Below, one piece after another: positions 27,045 to 32,000 of a stretch of DNA of 32,000 bases. The notes under the pieces are model-generated. The model had not been told where the DNA came from. It saw only the letters and a program-made list of their open reading frames with translations, and did not search any database. Each line of letters begins with the position of its first letter. Within the stretch, counting starts at the first letter, position 1. The stretch spans positions 3,090,001 through 3,122,000 of the forward strand of contig LT962688.1 of NCBI GenBank assembly GCA_900234795.1, given 5' to 3'. This DNA is from Methylorubrum extorquens. Lineage in GTDB: Bacteria > Pseudomonadota > Alphaproteobacteria > Rhizobiales > Beijerinckiaceae. Position numbers and translations under genes: made by a program.

Positions 27045-27193
27045 CGCCCGCCCGGCTGGAGCTTCGATGGGGGAATGGTGACGCTGATCTCCCGCGGCGT
27101 CGGCTCGACGAAGGTCGCCAGTGCGAACATGCCGGCGAAGACGAGGCCCGCGAGGATCGCGATCGTGGCAAGGAAACGGAACAGGGTGGGCAA
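27041..27193 (-). CDS. Small single-pass membrane protein (about 50 aa), translationally coupled to xerD
   Basis: ORF 27041..27346. GC3 rises sharply, from about 70% to about 90% by hand count, downstream of the TTG at 27193. That TTG is preceded by GAAAGG 9 nt upstream. The product is (M)PTLFRFLATIAILAGLVFAGMFALATFVEPTPREISVTIPPSKLQPGGR. Its stop overlaps the xerD ATG as ATGA. Confidence 0.5.
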   Translation of the reverse strand: MPTLFRFLATIAILAGLVFAGMFALATFVEPTPREISVTIPPSKLQPGGR

Positions 27194-27453
27194 GGGAACC
27201 GGCCTTTCGCCGAGGATACGCGGACGAGCGGGTCGTGTTGCGATGCGCAAACCGTGGGTTTCGATCACATGCCGGAGGCTCGAAGGCAAGGTCTGGCGGA
27301 GCACAGGCGGCGCGGTCAAGGGACAGGCCGCCGGCCAGCATGGCAATCGCTCGACGGCGATGGCCTTGGTTTGTTGCTGGCCTCAATCGCCGACGCCGGC
27401 CTCCGCAGGCTCAGGCTTCGAGCGATAGCCCTGCGCCGCCTCCTGCCTGCTTC

Positions 27454-28233
27454 TCAGAAGCGGTTCTTCCAGGCCCGCAGCGCGGTGAACACCGCCGCCG
27501 GGTCGGAGCCCGGCTCAAGGCCCGCCGAGCGAGCGAGGACCGGCTGGCCCACCCGCAGGAACGGGTTCGTCGCCTTCTCCTGGCCGATGGTCGACGGAAT
27601 CAGGAAGCCGCCCTGCGCAGCAAGCCGCTCGGCCTCGGCCACGCGCTCCTTCAGGTCGGCGTTGTCCGGATCGGCGGCCAGGGCGAAGCGGCCGTTCGAA
27701 AGAACGTAATCGTGACCGCTATAGACCGCGGTCGCGTCGGGCAGGTCGAGGAAGCGGCTGAGGGAGCGCCACAGCGTCTCGGGCTCGGCCTCCATCACCC
27801 GGCCGCAGCCGAGAGTGAACAGCGTGTCGCCCGAGAACACGACGCCGGCATCGGCGAAATAATAGGTCACGTGGTCGGCGCAATGCCCCGGCGTCTCCCA
27901 GACCGCGGCGGTGAGACCGCCGACCGTCACCGTATCGCCCTCCTTGACGGTGCGCGCGGCACCCGGCACCGCCCCGCGCGCCTTCTCCGGCACCGTCACC
28001 CGCGCGCCGGTGCGCTCCACCACCTCGGGGATCCCCTCGATGTGGTCGCCGTGGCGGTGGGTGACGAGAATGTCGGTGAGCTGCCAGCCCTCCGCGTCGA
28101 GGGCGGCCAGCACGGGCCCGGCCTCCGGCACGTCGATGGCGGCGCAGGCGCCGCTGGCGGGATCGCGGATCAGCACGCCGATATTGTCGCTCCGGCACAG
28201 GAAGGTGCGGATTTCGGGGGCCGCTCTCGTCAT
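27454..28233 (-). CDS. gloB: Hydroxyacylglutathione hydrolase (glyoxalase II)
   Basis: This is the C-terminal 259 codons of the over-long ORF 27454..29349. The ATG at 28233 gives MTRAAPEIRTFLCRSDNIGVLIRD, with the metallo-beta-lactamase motif THRHGDH, plus TPGHCADH and ATNPFLR. Confidence 0.92.
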   Translation of the reverse strand: MTRAAPEIRTFLCRSDNIGVLIRDPASGACAAIDVPEAGPVLAALDAEGWQLTDILVTHRHGDHIEGIPEVVERTGARVTVPEKARGAVPGAARTVKEGDTVTVGGLTAAVWETPGHCADHVTYYFADAGVVFSGDTLFTLGCGRVMEAEPETLWRSLSRFLDLPDATAVYSGHDYVLSNGRFALAADPDNADLKERVAEAERLAAQGGFLIPSTIGQEKATNPFLRVGQPVLARSAGLEPGSDPAAVFTALRAWKNRF

Positions 28234-28464
28234 CGAAGACCTTTCGCGAAAACTGACTTTTCCACTCGCACGGTCGCGGGGAAAAGGTCCGCCGAGCGTG
28301 ACCGGCGCTGAAGCGCGCGGTACAAACCCGGCCGAGGAACCGTTACATCGCGGTGACGGTTCCGGGATCGGAGGCGCAGCCACGCTTGCCCCAGGCCTCC
28401 GCGATCCCCATTGATGCCGCATCAGCCCTACGGAGGACAACCGGCCGTGCCGGCACCCCATCCG

Positions 28465-29199
28465 ATGCGCCTCGACGTCACGGACTTGCGCGCTTTCTAC
28501 GCCAGCCCGCTCGGCGTCGTCACGCACCGTGTCGTCGGTCGGACGATCCACGGCTTCCTCGGCTCGGTCTCGGGGCTGCGCGTGCTCGGGCTCGGCTACG
28601 TCACGCCCTACCTCGGCCCGGTCCACGTCATCGCGGAGCGGACGCTGGCCTTCATGCCGGCGACGCAGGGCGTCGTGAACTGGCCCTCCAGCGGGCGCTC
28701 GGTGACGGCGCTCGCCGATCTCACCATGCTGCCCCTGCCCGAGGCCGCGGTCGATCGCGTCATCCTCGTCCACGGCCTCGAAGCGGTGGAAAGCCCGAGC
28801 GAGCTGCTCTCGGAAGTGTGGCGGGTGCTGACACCCGGCGGGCGCCTGATTCTCGTCGTGCCCAATCGCACCGGCGTCTGGGCGCGGCGCGACGCGACGC
28901 CCTTCGGCCACGGCCAGCCCTATAGCCGCTCGCAGCTCTCGCGGCTGATGCGCGACACGCTGTTCTCGCCGGAGGGCTGGGCCGAGACGCTCTACATGCC
29001 GCCGATCCGCAGCCGGTTCTGGCTCCGCACCGCCGCGGCCTGGGAGCGGTTCGGCACCGGCCTCGCCATGCCGTTCGCCGGCCTGCACGTGGTGGACGCG
29101 ACCAAGCAGCTCTACCGGCCGATTGCTGTGCGGCAGGTGCGCCGGCTGGAAAGCCGGGTGCCGGCGCGGGTGCTGGTGCCCGCCGGACAGCCGGGCTAA
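28465..29199 (+). CDS. Class I SAM-dependent methyltransferase-like protein, divergent from gloB
   Basis: ORF 28411..29199, with the ATG at 28465 preferred (MRLDVTDLRAFYASPLG). It has a glycine-rich LRVLGLGY segment and EVWRVLTPGGRLILVVPN, typical of Methyltransf_11-like proteins. Confidence 0.6.
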   Translation: MRLDVTDLRAFYASPLGVVTHRVVGRTIHGFLGSVSGLRVLGLGYVTPYLGPVHVIAERTLAFMPATQGVVNWPSSGRSVTALADLTMLPLPEAAVDRVILVHGLEAVESPSELLSEVWRVLTPGGRLILVVPNRTGVWARRDATPFGHGQPYSRSQLSRLMRDTLFSPEGWAETLYMPPIRSRFWLRTAAAWERFGTGLAMPFAGLHVVDATKQLYRPIAVRQVRRLESRVPARVLVPAGQPG

Positions 29200-29236
29200 A
29201 GCCGGCGCGTTTCCCCCGTCGCCGAGCCGAGCGAGC

Positions 29237-29926
29237 ATGTTGCCATCCATTGGCTTCGAGACCGTGCTGACGAGCTTCCTGCTCGCGCTATCGAGCCTGT
29301 TCTCGATCGTGAACCCGGTCGGCTCCGCGCTGATGTTCGCGCAGATCACGGCCGACCGCTCGCAGGCCGAGCGGGCGGAGCTGTCGCGGCGGATCGGTTT
29401 CTACGCCGCCCTCGTGATGCTCGCCGCCCTGTGGGCCGGCGCCCCGATCCTCAATTTCTTCGGCGTGTCGCTGGCGGCCCTGCGCATCGCCGGCGGCCTG
29501 TTCGTGGCGGCCTTCGCCTGGACCATGCTCACCGCCCCCGAGGCGCGGGAGGCCCGCAAGCATGCCGAGGCCGAGCCGGAGACCGGCGAGAACCTCGCCG
29601 AGGTCGCGTTCTTCCCGCTCACCCTGCCCTTCACCACCGGGCCCGGCACCATCGCCGTCGCCATCGCGCTCGGCGCCAACCGCCCCTCCGAGCCCGGCGA
29701 ACTCGCCGGTTTCTTCCTCGGCGCCTCCCTGGCGGCCCTGGCCATCGCCGGCGTGATCCGTCTCGCCTACGGCTCGGCGGACCGGGTCGTGACCCTGATC
29801 GGATCGGTGCGGGCACGGGTGCTCGGGCGTCTCTCGGCCTTCCTGCTACTCTGCGTCGGCACGCAGATCACCGTCAGCGGCGTCTCGGACGTGCTCGGGC
29901 CATTGATCGCCTCGCAACGGGTATAG
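29237..29926 (+). CDS. MarC family (UPF0056/NAAT) integral membrane protein
   Basis: ORF 29123..29926, with the ATG at 29237 giving [34 protein letters not shown]. It has the characteristic NPxG motif and multiple TM segments. Confidence 0.8.
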   Translation: MLPSIGFETVLTSFLLALSSLFSIVNPVGSALMFAQITADRSQAERAELSRRIGFYAALVMLAALWAGAPILNFFGVSLAALRIAGGLFVAAFAWTMLTAPEAREARKHAEAEPETGENLAEVAFFPLTLPFTTGPGTIAVAIALGANRPSEPGELAGFFLGASLAALAIAGVIRLAYGSADRVVTLIGSVRARVLGRLSAFLLLCVGTQITVSGVSDVLGPLIASQRV

Positions 29927-30000
29927 ACAGTCAACGGCCGCCATCCGCGCTACGAGCGCTGGGTGAGCCGGCCATTCATCGGAGCGAAGAGTCGATCATC

Positions 30001-30804
30001 ATGAAGCTCGTCGTTGTGGGCGCCGAAGGGCGCATGGGGCGGATGCTGATCCGGGCGGTGGCGGAGGCCGAGGGCTGCACGCTGCACGGCGCCGTCGAGC
30101 GCCCGGGCTCGGCCGTCCTCGGCCAGGATGCCGGGCTCCTGGCCGGGATCGGCGAACTCGGCGTGCCGGTGAGCGACGACCCCCTGTCGCGGTTCGTGGC
30201 CGCCGACGGGGTGCTGGACTTCACCGCACCGGCCGCGACGGTGGCCTTCGCCGAACTCGCGGCGCAGGCCCGCATCGTCCACGTCGTCGGCACCACCGGG
30301 CTTTCCGAGGACGACCTGACGCGGCTGAAGGCGGCGAGCTACCATGCCCGCGTCGTGCGCTCGGGCAACATGTCGCTCGGCGTCAACCTGCTCGCCGGAC
30401 TCGTGCGCAAGGTCGCCGCGACGCTGGGCCAGGAATTCGACATCGAGGTGCTGGAGATGCACCACCGCATGAAGGTCGATGCGCCCTCCGGCACGGCCCT
30501 GCTGCTCGGCGAGGCCGCAGCGGAAGGCCGGAACGTGGCCCTGGCCGAGACCCGCGTCTCGACCCGCGACGGCCATACCGGGGCGCGGCGGCCCGGCGAT
30601 ATCGGCTTCGCGACCCTGCGCGGCGGCTCGGTGGTCGGCGACCACAGCGTCATCTTCGCCGGTCCCTCGGAGCGGATCACGCTCTCACACCATGCCGAGG
30701 ACCGGGCCATCTTCGCCCGCGGCGCGGTGCGAGCGGCACAATGGGCCTTCGACAAGCCGCCAGGCCTCTACGGCATGGACGACGTGCTGGGGCTTCGCGA
30801 CTAG
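30001..30804 (+). CDS. dapB: 4-hydroxy-tetrahydrodipicolinate reductase
   Basis: This is the 3' part of the over-long ORF 29431..30804. The ATG at 30001 follows GGAGCGAAGAG and gives [20 protein letters not shown] (nucleotide-binding). The signature is [17 protein letters not shown]. Confidence 0.93.
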   Translation: MKLVVVGAEGRMGRMLIRAVAEAEGCTLHGAVERPGSAVLGQDAGLLAGIGELGVPVSDDPLSRFVAADGVLDFTAPAATVAFAELAAQARIVHVVGTTGLSEDDLTRLKAASYHARVVRSGNMSLGVNLLAGLVRKVAATLGQEFDIEVLEMHHRMKVDAPSGTALLLGEAAAEGRNVALAETRVSTRDGHTGARRPGDIGFATLRGGSVVGDHSVIFAGPSERITLSHHAEDRAIFARGAVRAAQWAFDKPPGLYGMDDVLGLRD

Positions 30805-30940
30805 ACTGACGTCCGAATAACGAATCCAACAGAACGTCAGGCTTAGGCTTGGGAGGCGCCGCTGCCTCTGGTAGAGGCCCGCCCACGATCGCGAGGCGCC
30901 GTGCGGCGGCCTCGCCCCCTTCTCCGGAGAGACCCATCCC

Positions 30941-31579
30941 ATGGAGCGCCTGCTCGTCCTCGCTCGGCATGGCCAGAGCGAGTGGAACCTGAAGAAGCTG
31001 TTCACCGGCTGGCGCGACCCCGAGTTGACGGAACTTGGGATCGACGAGGCACGTCGGGCCGGACGCTGGCTCAAGAGCCAGGGCACGCAGTTCGACGTCG
31101 CTTTCACCTCGAACCTGCGGCGCGCCCAGCATACCTGCTCGCTGATCCTCGAGGAGATGGGCCAGGGTGGTCTGGAGACGATCCGCAACGAGGCGCTGAA
31201 CGAGCGCGACTACGGCGACCTCTCCGGCCTCAACAAGGACGATGCCCGCGAGCGCTGGGGCGATGCGCAGGTCCACGAATGGCGCCGCTCCTACGACGTG
31301 CCCCCGCCCGGCGGTGAGAGCCTCAAGGACACCGCCGCACGGGTGCTGCCCTACTACATCCAGACGATCCTGCCGCGCGTCATGTCGGGCGAGCGGGTTC
31401 TGGTCGCGGCCCACGGCAACTCGCTGCGGGCGCTGGTGATGGTGCTCGACGGCATGACCACCAAGACGATCGCCAGCCTCGAGATCGCCACCGGCATTCC
31501 CCTGGTCTACCGGCTCAAGGCCGACACCACGGTCGAGTCGAAGACGGTCCTCGACAAGGATATCGACCAGGACGATTGA
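30941..31579 (+). CDS. gpmA: 2,3-bisphosphoglycerate-dependent phosphoglycerate mutase
   Basis: The 212-aa ORF has [20 protein letters not shown] (RHGxxxxN catalytic His), [12 protein letters not shown] and [10 protein letters not shown]. Confidence 0.93.
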   Translation: MERLLVLARHGQSEWNLKKLFTGWRDPELTELGIDEARRAGRWLKSQGTQFDVAFTSNLRRAQHTCSLILEEMGQGGLETIRNEALNERDYGDLSGLNKDDARERWGDAQVHEWRRSYDVPPPGGESLKDTAARVLPYYIQTILPRVMSGERVLVAAHGNSLRALVMVLDGMTTKTIASLEIATGIPLVYRLKADTTVESKTVLDKDIDQDD

Positions 31580-31601
31580 GGCGCGGAGAGGCGCGAAGTC
31601 C

Positions 31602-32000
31602 TCACCCGGCTCCCAGCACCTCCTCCACGGCCCGCGCCACGCGCGCCGTGGAGCCCGACTCGTCGAGCGGGTTGCGGCGCAGACGGTGGCGAAGCGCGCT
31701 CGGCGCCACCTGCCGCAGATGCACGACCGAGACGACGGCCGCACCTTCGAGGGCGGCGAGCGCCCGGGCGGTGCGCATCAGCGTAAGTTCGCCGCGCAGG
31801 CCGTCTGTGCCAAGCGCGAGACAGAGCCGGACTGCGTTCTCCAGAACCGCATCGGGCACGCTTACGCTGCCGAGACGCTCGCGGGCCGCGAGGATCGTCT
31901 TCTGGAGCGCTTTTTCCGCCTTTCCTTGCGCGGCACAGAACGCCTCGCCGTCGCGCTCGTAGGCGTCGCGCCGCCGCACCACTTCGATGCGGGTGGCGAT
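31602..32000 (-). CDS. bchI: Mg-chelatase ATPase subunit I-type protein (BchI/ChlI family). Only the C-terminal 132 aa lie in the window.
   Basis: The frame stays open to base 32000 (IATRIEVVRRRDAYERDGEAF...). The C-terminal block LCLALGTDGLRGELTLMRTARALAALEGAAVVSVVHLRQVAPSALRHRLRRNPLDESG matches my memory of BchI/ChlI C-termini. Other MoxR/ChlI-like AAA+ proteins cannot be excluded from this fragment alone. Confidence 0.65.
   Translation of the reverse strand: MATRIEVVRRRDAYERDGEAFCAAQGKAEKALQKTILAARERLGSVSVPDAVLENAVRLCLALGTDGLRGELTLMRTARALAALEGAAVVSVVHLRQVAPSALRHRLRRNPLDESGSTARVARAVEEVLGAG

Noticed and set aside
27454-29349. A 631-aa minus-strand ORF read as a single gene
   Set aside because: Only the last 259 codons (from the ATG at 28233) are GloB. 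The upstream 370 codons are antisense to the methyltransferase and MarC genes and have wrong-frame composition.
29431-30000. The N-terminal 190 codons of the 457-aa ORF that ends as dapB
   Set aside because: This part overlaps the MarC-family gene in another frame and is Arg/Pro-rich. DapB homology, an SD and the nucleotide-binding motif all begin at the ATG at 30001.
30806-30840. The stem ctgacgt...acgtcag after dapB as an intrinsic terminator
   Set aside because: The stem is only 7 bp, the loop is 21 nt, and no T-tract follows. I noted it as a possible structure but could not support a terminator call.

Overview
The window is a very GC-rich, gene-dense chromosomal segment. Codon third positions are almost all G/C, which fits an alphaproteobacterium of the Hyphomicrobiales, probably Methylobacterium-like; that assignment rests on sequence style and gene content, not on a search. 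I support about 26 protein genes, nearly all housekeeping or envelope functions.

Gene order, left to right:
- mtgA (partial), divergent from ispA
- DCC-family thiol oxidoreductase, ThDP enzyme and a large orphan secreted protein, all on the minus strand
- a small orphan ORF, then leuB
- zwf
- a four-gene RND efflux operon on the minus strand: mdtA-like, mdtB-like, mdtC-like and a NodT-type outer membrane lipoprotein
- class I aminotransferase, DUF4112 protein and a lone yejE-like ABC permease
- GH3 beta-glucosidase and a membrane GGDEF diguanylate cyclase
- xerD, a small membrane protein and gloB
- SAM methyltransferase, MarC-family protein, dapB and gpmA
- the 3' end of a bchI/chlI-type Mg-chelatase ATPase

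I found no tRNA, rRNA, CRISPR array, IS element, transposase or phage gene, and no convincing novel multi-gene system. This looks like ordinary core genome.

Observations worth a second look:
1. xerD is broken by two +1 frameshifts, each in a 4-nt homopolymer, while every catalytic residue is preserved.
2. A 770-bp non-coding gap upstream of the efflux operon holds a perfect 41-bp palindromic, bidirectional terminator-like hairpin and a small signal-peptide ORF.
3. A cluster of G/C-rich REP-like hairpins sits inside the efflux operon, directly against the TTG start and SD of the outer-membrane gene.
4. The MdtC-like pump carries a 76-aa low-complexity insertion.
5. An unclassifiable 538-aa Cys-containing exported protein has Arg-rich linkers.
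6. The yejE permease has no transporter partners nearby.

The long ORFs antisense to real genes are high-GC artefacts and were rejected.
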